Shown here one piece after another: positions 1 to 14,183 of a DNA stretch of 64,000 bases. Below the pieces are notes generated by a model. It was not told the origin of the DNA and ran no database searches. It worked only from the letters and a program-made list of their open reading frames with translations. The stretch spans positions 43,772,001 to 43,836,000 of the forward strand of contig OX597824.1 in assembly GCA_951406725.2 (NCBI GenBank), read 5' to 3'. Positions within the stretch are counted from its first letter, which is position 1, and each line of letters starts with the position of its first letter. This DNA is from Octopus vulgaris (taxonomy: Eukaryota). Made by a program: the position numbers and the translations under genes.

Positions 1-1896
1 ATGCATTTGTCAGTTTATTTATTCACGTCTCAGTCAGTTCACCATTTTCTTTTCTTTATATATGAAAATGAGTTAATTTATGAGTATCTGATAAAAAAAA
101 ATATTACTTTAAAAGAAAAAAAATTGCACCAACACAGTTTATTGATAATCTGCCTCATTGATCCAGTTAGTCCTCTGATAAATTTAGACTAAAACTTCCT
201 TTACTAAACAAAAGATATTATTCTACTGAATTTAATTAGAAATAGCCTTGTTATTATTTCCACTGCTGGCTCAAATTAGCTAGTTCAATCTATTCAGTTT
301 TATTATCCACATGTAGCTCTCCTTACACATTGCTGTGTTGTTTTGGGCTGAAAAGAAATACCTCTCCACTTCTTTTTTTCTTTAACTTTTTTTGTTAAAT
401 TTATTTGCTTTTTTCTTCTTTGTAATCCATCATGTGGGAAAACAAGCAAATTTGCATGTTTTAGTCTTGCTTCATTAATTGAAAGATTGAAATAAATAAC
501 ATCCATATTGGTTTTTATTAAATATCCTTTAGTTTGCCTTGCTGGGAGGTAGCTATCATTTCAATAATGATTATTAAATTGTTTGAAAATTGACATTGTT
601 ATGCATTTTTGTCTTAGAGCCCAGTAATTTATGAGAGAAAATAAGGTTCTTTTGGCATTTTCTTTAGAAGTAACCTAATGACTCAGAAAATTATAAACAC
701 ACATACACACACATTTGCAAAGGGTCCACACTTAAGCAGTAAAAATTACCTAAAATATAAATCACAAGAATTTCATTGCTATACCAGATTATCATGAAGG
801 TGTATCAGAAAGGACTGATATTCATATAAACTATGTTTGTAATGTAAGAAATAAAGAGGAAATATAACTCCAGGAGTCAGAGAAAGCATTTATGTAATAG
901 CTCAACCTGCCAGAAATTGCAGTCAAATCTCCTTCAAATCATACTCCATCCTCTTAAAAGATGTGACAGACTCACACTAAATAATGAAGACCTCGATGAT
1001 TCTAAAAGATATAGGATGTTTGAATGACCATGGTTAGTATGCCTTTGTCTATAATTCCTGTTTTTTGTCCTTTTGATTAGGATAGACCTGGGGGCTAACC
1101 AGCAAACATAGGAAGCCTCTCACCTATCCCAACTAGACATCTAGTAGTTAGATAGGACTAATGACCAAAGACAAAAAGGACATTGTCCAGGCTAGTAAAA
1201 CAACTAGCCAGAAAAGTTATAAGTACAACATAGTGTGTTACAAACATTTTTCACAATCATCGGTGAGTGGCCTGGTGATTTCAAAGCAAATACTATATAA
1301 ACAAAAACCTTAAGTAAGACAGAGAATGCGGAAACTTAAAAGCATCTAACTTCCAAGTCACCTCAAAGTAGTATTTATATTTTGAAATTAAAAGTCAGAC
1401 ACTGTACTTTTATAGTGAGAATCATCAAGCTACTGAGAGTTATTGCTGTTGATTAAACCTGAACAAGTAAACATATGATGAAAGATGTTCCAACAACAAT
1501 CCTTTTTGGGGATTTTTTTCTGATTTATTTATTTTGACACATAGTATATACAAAGTCACATTCTCCATTGTATTGTTTTAGACAATAAATTTGGTGGAAG
1601 GGAGATTAGGCTGCTATTTCTTGTGTGTCAAGCAATTGCTTAGAGCCCTTCCTCATTGATAATTTTTTTTCTGTCCAAGATAGGATTATTATGTATGACT
1701 GAAATGCTTGGAACAGTAAAAGAGACTTCTATGAATCCATATATCACATTACAAATTTGTGTGTGTGTGTGTACATATATATACGTGATAAGTGCCAATG
1801 TACAAAACTCTCAGCTCTTGAGTCACTTTGTTGCTTCTGCTAAATATTAAGAAAAATATATATGTATATAAAAATGTGTGTGTGTGTGTGTGTGAA

Positions 1897-2160
1897 GGTG
1901 TGTGGCTTAGTGGTTAGGGTATTCTCTTCGTGATCATGAGTTTAATTCCCAGCAGCACATTATGTCCTTGAGCAAGATGCTTTATTTCACATTACTCCAG
2001 TCCACTCAGAAAAAATGAGTTGTATGCTGAATCTCCCTGAGAATTATGATAAGGGTACAGAAGTCTGTGGAGTGCTCAGCTACTTACACGTTAATTTCAT
2101 GAGCAGATTGTTCCATCAATCAGATTAACTGGAACACTTGTCATAACTAATGAAATGGCT
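1897..2160 (+). mobile_element. tRNA-derived SINE copy
   Basis: Box-A-like GGCTTAGTGG, degenerate box B (gagtttaattccc) and a tgtccttgagcaaga core; flanked by (TG)n. Confidence 0.55.
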
Positions 2161-2389
2161 GTTATGGATATGTGTGTGTGTGTATAATCGTTTAATGGAC
2201 AACAAACGTTAAGATGATGATGATATATATAAATGATGATGAGGTGGAGAAGAAGGAGATATATATATATATATAAATGTGTGTGTGTGTGTGTGTATAC
2301 ACACACACACATGTATATGTGTGTACGCATGGCCACTCATTTGTGATTGGCTTTTGATGAAGGAAGACGTTCAATATTGAGTTTTTTGC

Positions 2390-3715
2390 TATGATATAGG
2401 TTCATCTGAGATCTTGGACAGCAGGTCAAGTTTCATCTTGAAAACATCTACTCCATGTACGATAGATCTCTTGGATTCTTTGGTAAAATATTAAATAACT
2501 GTGAACCTTTGATCCTCAAGTTATTGCAATACCTAGTCCTCACTCTAGATGGAATGGGTTGAACCTTTGGAGCTGTGCAGTGATGTCCAGTTTCTTTTGC
2601 TCTTTCTACAATAAAAACTTAATATTTCTAAGTTTTGTATAAACTTGTAGTTACATAGCCAAATGGCACCTATGATCATAGGTACAAATGAGGATTTATA
2701 ATCAAAGTACAAGAGCTGTAAATTCCACATTAATTCACCATTAATGTTCTTGTTTTCCTGGACTTTGGATGGTAGATTTACATCTGTTGGGCAGCTGACC
2801 TCTACAACTGTTTATAACATTTGTTCCCTATCCCACAGAGCAATATCGGGTCTATTATGTTTGCACAAGTTATTGCTATTGGAATGTTTCACCAGTATTC
2901 CATTATTTTTAAAGGTGTGAATACCTGCTGGTTCTGACATGCCTTTGATGTATGCATCAGGGCAGTCCTTCCTATGGATAGCACTGCAAATAGTCTTTGC
3001 AACTATATTATGCTACAAGGGCAGATAGTACCTCATAGACATTTGGGGGCAACTTCAATGATGGAGCTTTGGTGATATCTTTGTCGCTCTTGTTTATCAG
3101 ATATTTAGTTGCTACCTCCTGTTCCTGGATAGCAAAGGCATATCCTTCTAGATGGAATGTAATGAATCTATCACAAGTCTAGGAGAGGCTACTCTTCTTG
3201 TCAATGCTGTTATTCTTTAGCTTACAGGATATATATTCATGCATTGCTTTTTGCTGGTTCTCCCAGTGTCTCTTTAAGTAGGCCAGTTCAGCCTTCTTTG
3301 AGTCATATCAGACAGATGTATTCTTAAGGTACTTGCACAGTAGTTCTTCTCTAACTTTGAATATGTTGCTGCTCTCACTTTTGAGTATGCATGGAGTGTA
3401 CTTATTTCTTTCTTTACTGTTCAGCAGGTGTTGTCTGAGTGACACAGTGTGATATTCAAAGGCTGTTTAGACTAACCTTAGGTCTCTCGTACCATCACTT
3501 CATCTCACATAGATCCCATCAGAGTTGCTGTTGATGTGCAAATTGCTAGTGATGGTCATTACCTTTCTAGTTTTGATGTCCAAGCTGCAGATCTCATCAA
3601 CTGTCCAGTCCAATATCCCAGTGCTAGTGCTGGCACTGCAAAAACATTGAAATATGATCTTGTTAAATGCAGACAGCTCTGATTTCCATATTTTCCAGAG
3701 TCTACAGAAGTACTG
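2390..3715 (-). mobile_element. Decayed 3' part of an R4/Dong-like (RLE) non-LTR retrotransposon
   Basis: ORF pieces STGILDWTVDEICSLDIKTRKVMT and FVPMIIGAIW resemble the post-RT and C-terminal motifs of R4/Dong elements; many stops. Confidence 0.55.
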
Positions 3716-5326
3716 TTTTGTTATTGTGTGTATACATGTATATATGTTTGTGTGAGTGTATTGTGTGTGTGTATGTGTGTGTAAGCAGATAAATTTGCAT
3801 ATAATGACAAAATGTAACAAGCATATATAATAAATGCTCAGGCTGGTTTACCACTAAAACTCCAATTTGAATTATAACTAAAACAAAGGTGGTGTTGTAG
3901 CTGCCTAGCAATGAATGACTATAGTTCATCCTTGAGTTGGTAGATGTATATTAGAAAAAAAAGAATGAACAAGCAAAACATGTAGTATCCCTTTAGAGCA
4001 TGGAATTTATAATTGAAACAATTGTAGAGTCATTATAATGGAGTTGTTGGAGTAAAGGTATCATATGAATAAGGGAGTAAGAAGCTGTGCAAAAAGTCTC
4101 TTACAACTGTTTCTAGATTGGGTGTGTATACATTTCCATATAAAAGCCAAATATTCCATCGATAGTGGAACTGACTACTACGAATATTCTTCTCCTCTGA
4201 GGATGAAATAGTTAGCTTTTATATGGAAATTTTTGTTCACAGTCTAATGACTAAAATTAAAACCTTCTTCAATATGTGTGTGTGTGTGTGTGTGTGTGCA
4301 CAAAATTATAAATATATAACTTATTGTATATATATAAATGATGTATGTGCCAATAAACATAAGTAGTAGCGTGAAGCAGTGATGTCAAATAAACAAACTT
4401 TGGGTTAGTTCAAATGTTTACAAATTTTAACTTCTAAAAGCAGTTTCACTGCAGTTTACTTTGGAGAAAAAATTTCTTACTATTGGTTTCCCATCACTAC
4501 TCCATGCTACTATTCATGTATTTATTTGGACCAGGTGGTCTGCAAATGTAAATCAGTCACTGGTATTATAAAGCTATAACTTTCTGTCACCTCAAGGCCA
4601 CTCTGTAGTAAACTCCAGTGAAATTACCTTTAGATGTTAAAATATGTCACAAACATATTTGAAATAACCTAAAGTTTGTATATGTAGATATGTATACGCA
4701 CACATATATATTTCTACATAAAATTATAAATATATATTCATAGACATAATTATACATATTTAAAGAGATTTATTCAATTAATTAATTTTGACAGTTTATT
4801 GAAATTAATAAGCATCTAGACTTTTCTGAACAGATTTTTCATCAAAACAATCAATCAGAATGGTCAAACATTTTAAGTGGTAACTCTCAAATATTCTTTG
4901 TTCTCACTCCAAGACCCAAGCAAACAAACTTATTTAAAATATTTGAATTCCTGACATTTGATATTTTTTAACAAGCAGCTGACATTCCTCGCACATATAT
5001 GTAAAGCAATATACTCAATATTCCTCAAATTTAGAAAACTTCCAATTGGAATTGAAATGCTAAAACAATAAAATATTGAGGCTCAGGTACTAATAAAACT
5101 GAATCTAAACCTGGTTCACTTGGCATATAAGTAACAGAGATTAGAACACTATATATATATATATATATATTCAATAATACAACTATAATTATAGAGTTAT
5201 ATGATATATACATATATATCATATGTAATTATATACATATATGTATTTATGTTTGTGTATTTGTATATATATATATATATATATACGTAGTTGTGTAATT
5301 GTTACTGTTTGTGTGTGTGTGTGTGT

Positions 5327-5498
5327 GTGGCATGTAAGAATCACCCACTACACTCTTGAAGTGGTTGGCTTAGAAAGGGCATCCAGCTATAGAAACCATG
5401 CCAGATCAGATTGGAGCCTGGTGCAGCCTACTGGTTTGCCAGCCCTCAGTCAAACCGTCCAATCCATGACAGCATGGAAAACAGACGTTAAACAATGA

Positions 5499-5501
<3 letters not shown>
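5327..5501 (+). mobile_element. RTE-type LINE/SINE 3' end with (GAT)n tail
   Basis: Reverse complement of the 3' end at 39982-40170 (gcatggaaaacagacgttaaacaatgatgat); a further copy lies at about 19940-20152. Confidence 0.7.
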
Positions 5502-5536
<35 letters not shown>

Positions 5537-5626
5537 GAAGAAATCTGAAGGTGGACAAGCTTTATACTGTACTATACTACGTTCTTAACAGAATATACCA
5601 TAACTATATATATATTCACACGAAAG

Positions 5627-5676
5627 TATACATACATGCATACATACATACATACATACATACATACATGCATACA

Positions 5677-5705
<29 letters not shown>
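5627..5705. repeat. (TACA)n microsatellite, one of many TA/CA/TACA/CT tracts in the window
   Basis: Read directly. Confidence 0.95.
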
Positions 5706-5708
<3 letters not shown>

Positions 5709-6238
5709 CATATATTCACATACACACAAAATTCTTTGTGCATATATTTTGTTTTATAAACATGCATATTCACCTACATACACCCACACACAAACTAATA
5801 CATGCTCATGCATATACATATTTATATCTGTGCACGTTCCTGCGTTCCTTTAAGCTATAAAGTTGGTTTTTTTTTTTTTCACATAGTAGTTTGTTAGCTT
5901 TTTGCTTCTCATTCAATGAGAATACCAAAATTTTTACATAAGATCACCTTGTGATGCAAATGTTTATAAATAAATTTTTATATAAAAAAAGCCTGTAAAA
6001 CTGTTAAATTAAAGAAAAATAATTGTCTTAAAATCAGTTAACTTCTTGAAAGTTATTTTTTCATTTAAGTTTTTAAAAAAAGTCCTTCATTTTACTGTAA
6101 ACCATGTTCAAAATAATCTCTTTGTTTCTTTCTATTTGAACATGGATTTCAGTTTGAGATTCTAGTGGACACCACATGGGACACAGAAGAACATTTTGAT
6201 GTTACTTTTATTATTGTTTTGATAATATATATAAATAA

Positions 6239-6298
<60 letters not shown>

Positions 6299-7200
6299 GT
6301 ATGTGTGTGTGTGTGCACGTGTGTGTATATATATGTGTGTGTGTATGTATATATATTATGCGCATGCACACATGCACTCACTCACACACACACACAAATA
6401 CATACACACACACACACACATACACTCATACTTTTAGTTAAGAAATTGTAATTGAAAGATTTACACATTTTATAATTAAAAAATGACACCATTACTGCAG
6501 CTTTTTCAATTCTGAGGAATACAATAAGAACAGCTTGTCACTATTCACTTATTGACTTGGCACAATTTTCTTGCTTTTCTTTTTTCTTCACTTTACAAGG
6601 TTGCTTGATTATATATTTCAAATTATTATTTATGATTTAGATACTGTTTTAAATATTTGATTAAAGACTTGCATCTAAAATAGCAAGATATATTTCACTA
6701 GTTGATATTAGATTTTGTATGATCTCCTGCTAATAATACTACTTATATTAAATTTGCTATTATTGGTTTAACAATAACATTAAACATTTAGAATATATTA
6801 AATTACTATTATTTTTACTAATATTATTTCTTTTACAATTATTGTTACAATTTCTTCTTCTGTAAAGAAATTACATGTTAATTCTTCAAAGTTTAACTCA
6901 TGTCAAACTAGAAAACTTTTTTGTTCACTGAAATGAAAATAAATATATAAGACGAAAGTCTCTGATATTAACCCCCATCTTCATATTGGGATGAGTTACA
7001 TAGTCTGGTATCTCATACAATTAAACATAAATTATATCTGCAGTTCCATTAGCACTCTTTCCAAATGAAAGCATGATTACACCAATGTACACAAAATCAG
7101 GAATTAATTTTAAAAATGTATTGCAAAATTAAAAAGAATTAACAAATTGATTTTCATTTTTGTTTTTCCTTCCCTTCTCCTCTCTCTTTCTCTCTTTCTC

Positions 7201-7245
<45 letters not shown>

Positions 7246-8093
7246 TTATTTTTTTTTCTTTTCTTGTTCAAACAAAACCGGATGATATGAGTTATTTTGA
7301 AAATAGCTTCACTTTGTTTTTACCAACTGAATTTCATCAAAAATTCAAACAGTTCTGAGAATTTATTTTGATAATTTCACCTAGACATAGTTAAGAAGTG
7401 CAGATGCACACAAATTTAGACAATTCTGTCTCGCTTTTGTCAATCACATGGATATATTCCATTTTACATTTGTCTCTAAATTCACATCAATATCAGATGA
7501 TAACTCGTAGTATTCTTTCCACCATGCCACTAATCTAAAACTGATTCATTGTTTTCATTACCTAAAATAATAAACCATTACCTTGTCACAAAAATGCCTT
7601 GCAGCTCTAGATTCTAAATTTTTTATCATAATGTTTCTTAATTTAACTAAAAGAAAATCTAACCAAAATGCTGAAGCAGATGTCTTTATATTCAGATTGT
7701 CAAACTTTTATTGGTAAAAGAATAATCTAAATCTGAAATATAAGATGTTATTTATTTTCTAAATTAATTAAAAATCTTTGCTATTTTAAAGATAATTCAG
7801 TGCTTAGGAAATTTACCTTAAAAAGTATTTTCTTATATATAGACAGAAAGAATAAATAAAACATTTAAAATGTATTTCATAATATTTATTCATTAGTATT
7901 TAAATCTAACTCAAAATGTTTTAAATATTTATCACTATATTTCAAGAATAAATATAGAATTTAACTGAAAAGAAAGATTTAAAATAATATGCAGTGAATT
8001 TTTTATCTAGTATTTAATCTAGCAAGATAGTCATATGATAGGTGTGTGTATATATGCATATATATTTATTATATATATATATTTATATATATA

Positions 8094-8162
<69 letters not shown>

Positions 8163-9143
8163 GACACACACACATATATATCAACATTTGAGTATTTCAT
8201 GTGATGTTGTCTGCTGTTATTTCACATTTGCTTTGTATATCAGCATGTTTTGCTATGCATGAGCTTGGCTTGTCTTTAGCTTGAAAATATGTTGTGCTAT
8301 GCTTTATGTTGACAATATTTTGAATGACTGCCTATGGCAAACAGGTAGACTGAACTCACAAAATTAACATCCTGCTCCTCTACCTTTGTCCTTTATAAAT
8401 TGTTCTTATATTTATCTCCATTTTCACTAGCTAATATTGTCCTAAATGTGCTCATAGACCTTTTCAAAACTGTCCAGCTTTCTCCCCAACCCAGAAAAAA
8501 CCCTGACTAGCTAAAAAAATAAAAGAAAAATATTGCCCTTTGTTATTTCCTATCATTATTTCCTGCTGTCTCCCTTGTCTTTCTCCAGGCATGAATGTGA
8601 TGAAAAAATGTATTCGATATGTTTTAATCTGCTTTGGAAAAAAATAAATAGAAAAAGAAAAAGAAAAAAACTCAGCAATCAAAGAGATGCAAAGGAGTGG
8701 CAATGCGTTTCACAAAGATACTAAGATTTTAGCATGGTTCAAAATGAAAACTGATCCAATATTTGATTTTCTCATGAATCTCCCAAACTGTAGCAATATA
8801 TTGAGAAAAAAATATGTATACCAAACGTATTTCTTAACTTCCATTAGGAAAGAGTGAACTAAGGCAACACCAAGAACTGCCATTTTTTCAAATTATCACT
8901 CTTTCTCTTTCATTATTTTAATTCCTCTTTATTAAACATACAGTTTGTTGTGAATTTAAGGGTCTTAAAAGAAGAATTTCTTTGTCCTTTAATTTTGTCA
9001 CTTCCGTCTACCTGAGCTAACATGTGGCTGCCTATCTTTTCAACAACCTGTCTGTAAGTTATTGTTCTCTTTTCATTTAACACCACCCCTTGTCTTGCTG
9101 AAGATGCTGTTTTGTGATCCTCACATATTCTCTCCCATTTCAG

Positions 9144-9614
9144 GCCAGCTTAAGTTTGCCTGGCTCACCGTTCCCTCTTCGGCGTGGCAGCAAAACCAGT
9201 CAGCTCTCTTGGAGGAAAGTAAAAAATACCCGTGCTAATGATCGGCAACCGCTTATGCCTCATTATTTGGAGAATCTAAATTTACCGTTTGCAGATGACT
9301 CGAATGCAGTCACGCCAACATCAGACGATTTATGCAACCTACCTTTAAAAAGTGTTCTTAATGGTAGGCGATCTAGTTTTTTGTCTCACCAACGCAGATG
9401 GTCCCATGTTGATGGGAGATTATCATCAAGGCGTAGTAGTTATGCGTCACAAATTAGTCGAACATCTCATACAAGCAGACACTCGCAACAATCATCAGGG
9501 GATCCACTAAAATTTAAAGAAGGAAAATTAGACAACCCTTGGAACTGGGGTAAGAGACGCGGATCCCATTTACTACCTGAAGTTGTCGTAGACAAGACAA
9601 AGCTGGAAGACAAT
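9144..9614 (+). CDS. Nav1: Nav exon, I-II cytoplasmic linker ([10 protein letters not shown]...KLEDN), phase 0-0, 157 codons
   Basis: Acceptor tctcccatttcag, donor AAT|gtaagt; conserved SLSLPGSPF motif and several RRxS sites. Confidence 0.95.
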
Positions 9615-10039
9615 GTAAGTGCCTCAACTTTTCATATCATGACTACAAAGAACAGGTTAGGGTTCTCCTCCAGATAATAAACCACTCCTTTGCCTTTCTA
9701 TGTAAATTCTGTATCATTTTTTCTTTGAACAAATTTCAGCTTTCATTGTTTACATGGGTGTTGATCATCTTTTGAACTTTTCTGCTATGGCATTGAGTAT
9801 TATTGTTATGTGTGGAATCATGGCCAATACACAATAATTGACTTTCAGAATTAACAACAAAACAGCTGATATGTTCCTTGGGATACTTTTTATATCTGAA
9901 TCTTGAAACTTAAACAATTTTAGTTTATCAATGTCATTTTTCTTTTCCTATCAATGTCATTTCTCAGGGTTTTTTAAAAATCTTTTTGATATCTTTCTTT
10001 CTGTGTTTCCTCTTTTCTACTCTTCATTCTTTCTTTCTT

Positions 10040-10086
<47 letters not shown>

Positions 10087-12045
10087 TTCTCTCAGATATA
10101 TCTACATACATATTCATATATAGAGAGAGATATATACATGGGTTTGTATACACATGTATGTATATTTCTCCCTCTATTAATCTGGCTATTTTCTCTTTTT
10201 TTCACTCTCTTTATTTTCATTATTTTGGATTTGTTTCTTTCTCTCTTTCACTATTTCTATACTTCTTTGCTTTTCCTGTATTTATATGTATGTAACTTTC
10301 TCCATCTGATGTTTTTATCTGTCCCTGTCATTCTCTTTTTCTCCCTCATACCTACTTTCTTTCTTTCATTTCTTTTCCAAATGTTTGTAAGTAATATAAT
10401 GAATGTAGGATTTTAAAAATATATTTTTAATCTAAATTTTCTTCATACTACCTTCTGTAAACTGACATGGCTTACATTTCTTAGTTTTAGATATTTCAGT
10501 AAAAAGTAGTTGTGTGTGTATGTATGTACATATTGGGTTGGTCAAAAAGTCTGTTCAGTTTTTGTCAACACTAAACTTCAAGTACTCTAACAAGTAACTA
10601 ACTTCAATCTACCCCATGCACATGCACACTTGTTAGATAGTTGACACTTTGATGTAGTTCAATGCAAACTTATGATAAGACAGATTGTATTTTGTGTGCT
10701 TCAAATCACCCTGAAAATGGAGAACCACAACAAACATTATTGATACCTCATGCTTTTATATTTTAAAAAAGGAAAAAAGTAGCAGAAACCTACAGGAAGA
10801 TATGTTCTGTGTACAGAGAGGATTCTGTTATGGAACATGTATGCCAGAAATGGCTTTGAAGATTTCAATCAGGAAATTTTTTGCTTCAAAATGCACCTGG
10901 CTCTGGCCAGCCAACTGAAATTAACAGTAACACTGATCCCTATTACACAACCTAGGTGGTTGTAGATATTCTTCAACTATCCAAATTATGAAAACCATCT
11001 ACATCAACTTGGTTATGTCAGCAGGCTTGATATTTGGGTTTCACATCAATTAAATGTGGCTAACCTCACCCAGCAGATTTCTGTCTGCAAACCATTGCAG
11101 AAATGTGAAGAACACAATTCTTTTTTGAAGAGAATGATAACAGGAGTTGAAAAATGGATTGTCTGTAACAATGTGAAGCATAAATGATCAATAGGGAAAG
11201 CACAGCAAACCATCACAAACAACCTTCAAAGCAGGACTTCACCCAAAGGTTATGCTTTCAATTTGATTGGATTGAAATGGTGGTGTCTTTTATGAACTTC
11301 TCCCCAATGGACAGGAACATCAATTTGGATGTGTACTGCAACCAGCTGGACAAATTAAATGCAGCAATCCACCAGAAGCATCCAGCACTCGTTAATCATA
11401 AGGGCATTATCTTTCATTATAACAATGCTAGACCACACACTTCTTTGCAGACACAGCAGAAGTTACTGGGGTTTAGCTGGGAAGTTTTGCCATATCCTCC
11501 ATATTCTCCTGCCCTTATGCCTTCAGATTTCCACCTGTTTTGGTCTCTTCAAAATTCACTGGATGGACAAACCTTCAGTTCTAAAGAGGATGTAAAAATT
11601 CACCCAGAAGCATTTGTTACCAGTAAAGATAGGAAATTCTTTGGGCAGGGAATAATAGATCTGCCTTCAAGATGACAGAAGATACTTGAACAAAATGGTA
11701 ATTATATCATTGATTAAATAAACTGTTTTGGGTTTAAAACTTGTAACTTGTGTCTTATTTTCACTTAAAAAACTGAATGGACATTTTAACCAACCCAATA
11801 TGTGTGTGTGTGTAAGTATGTATGTATATATATATATATTCTTTTACTTGTTTCAGTCATTTGGCTGCTGCTATGCTGGTGCACCACCTTTAGTCAAACA
11901 AATTGACCCCCAGACTTATTCTTGTAAGGCTAGTACTTATTCTATCGGTCTCTTTTGCCGAACCACTAAGTTACAGGGAAGTAAACACACGAACATTAGT
12001 TGTCAAGTGATGGGGGGGGGGGGACAGATGCACAAACATATACAT

Positions 12046-12078
<33 letters not shown>

Positions 12079-13602
12079 AAAATATGTAACAAGCTTCTTT
12101 CAGTTTCTACTAAATCCACTCACAAGGCTTTGTTCAGCCCAAGGCTATAGTAGAAGACACTTGCCCAATGTACCAGGCAGTGGGACTGAACCCAGAACCA
12201 TGTACTTGAGAGGCAAGCTTCTTACCACACAGTCACGCCCTGCACCTAAAATGAGTAGAAATGGTACACACACACACACAAAACTGTTGAGTCACCAGAA
12301 GTAATAAATTACAGGACTCAACAAAGATGTTGAGTATTCTTTAATACATTATAACTGAAAGGCTCCAATTTTCAGTGCTCAGAATTACTCATTTCTGATC
12401 TTCAGCTGATAAACTAAGCTTGTCCTTCTTTTGAAATATTCACTGTTTGAATATATTTTGAAATATGAAATGAAAGTTTGAAGAAAATGTTTATCGTTAT
12501 ATTCTTTTGTTTAAAAACCTTTGTGAGTAACACATGCAAAATTAGCTACCTCAAGCTCATGTTTTTGATTTCATTTCTAGTTCTTATGGTAATATTATGA
12601 ATGTTTTAAACTTCATGTAAGCAAAGTAATTGTAACAACTATACTCATGAAATTGTGTTGTTATTTGAGTAATGTTTTAAAGTAATACTTTTAATAAATA
12701 TTTAATTTGTTTTTTAAAAACAATGAATGTGTATGTGTGTGTTTATTTTGCAATGTGGCCATGCACATGCATGCATATACACATATGCACACTCATAGAC
12801 ACATATATACACATAATTATATATGCAAGCATACACATACACACATGCATATATATGCATGTACACACATAGACATGCACCCACACATATTAAAGCATAT
12901 TAATATCAATAAAACATATTCATTAAACATTTTGAAATCACATGGTTAAGTATTTCATATGTAAATACAAGTCTCCTTGAATTTCATTCTAGTGCAGGAA
13001 AAAAAGTTGATTTTAAAATGTTTAATTAATGTGTTTTATTGATAAATACTTTAATATGTGTGGGTGCCTGTCTGTATGTGCATATGTGTATATATGCATA
13101 TATGTATATGTACACATGCAAATATAATTCTGTGTATGTATTTGTATATGAGTGAACATATGTATATATGTACATGTTTGCACAGCTGCATGCAAAATGA
13201 ACACACACATACACATTCATTGTTTGTAAAAAAACATTAATTTAAAAAGTATTTATTAAAAATATTACTTAAGAGTATTACTTTAAAACATTACATAAAC
13301 AACAATGCAATTTCATGAGAACAGTTATCAGATTGACTTCACTCATGTGAAGTTTAAGATGTCTATAATATTACCATGAGAACCAGAAATGAAATCAAAA
13401 ACAGTAGCCATTTTTGCATGTGTTACTAACAAAGGTTTTGAAACAAAAGATTGTACAGGTAAATTTTTTCTTCAAACTTACATTTCATATTTCAAAAAAT
13501 ATTAAAACAGCAAATATTTCAAAGGAAAAGCAGGTTTAGTTTACCAATTGATGATTGGAGACAAGTAACTAACTCTAACCATTGGAAATTGGAACCTCTC
13601 AG

Positions 13603-13662
<60 letters not shown>

Positions 13663-14025
13663 AAAAAAAATGAAGGTGAAAATGCACTGGGATTCATTTA
13701 GATTTAAGATTTTTAAAGACTTAACCAGTTTCACTACTATACTACGAGACAATTGTAGCATAGCACTATGTCTTTCTATCTCAATGTTTGGAAATCAGAG
13801 AAATATGTGAAACCTATTAAGTCTTTAAAAATAAAAAATCTAAACAAATTTTCAACTTCTTTTTTTGTATATTTCTACCGATGTGGAAGAAAACAACTTT
13901 GTTTTACACACACACACACACACACACATACACACATATTGTCAGAAAATCACAAATCCGAAAGAGAAACATACTCTTAGTTATAGAGCAGTAAAGTAAT
14001 TAGATAAAGATAGACCAGCCATAGC

Positions 14026-14092
<67 letters not shown>

Positions 14093-14136
14093 TGTATGTA
14101 TGTATGTATGTATGTATGTATGTATGTATTTATGTA

Positions 14137-14183
<47 letters not shown>

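Noticed and set aside
6153-6220. Acceptor-like tttcag followed by FEILVDTTWDTEEHF
   Set aside because: No credible donor, and the frame runs into a TA microsatellite.
5031-6437. Many ORFs rich in YI/HT/CV, and poly-N/I/M/D ORFs at 21611-23106 and 27674-28048
   Set aside because: They are translations of di-, tri- and tetranucleotide microsatellites, not genes.
9017-9059. Branch-like ctaac, pyrimidine tract and a strong donor tct|gtaagt 90 nt upstream of the first exon (possible microexon or AT-AC intron end)
   Set aside because: No AG gives a convincing in-frame exon and there is no U12 TCCTTAAC branch site; it cannot be supported without RNA data.
9931-10416. 161-aa hydrophobic ORF resembling a membrane protein
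   Set aside because: It is T/C-rich low-complexity intron sequence including a (CT)n tract.
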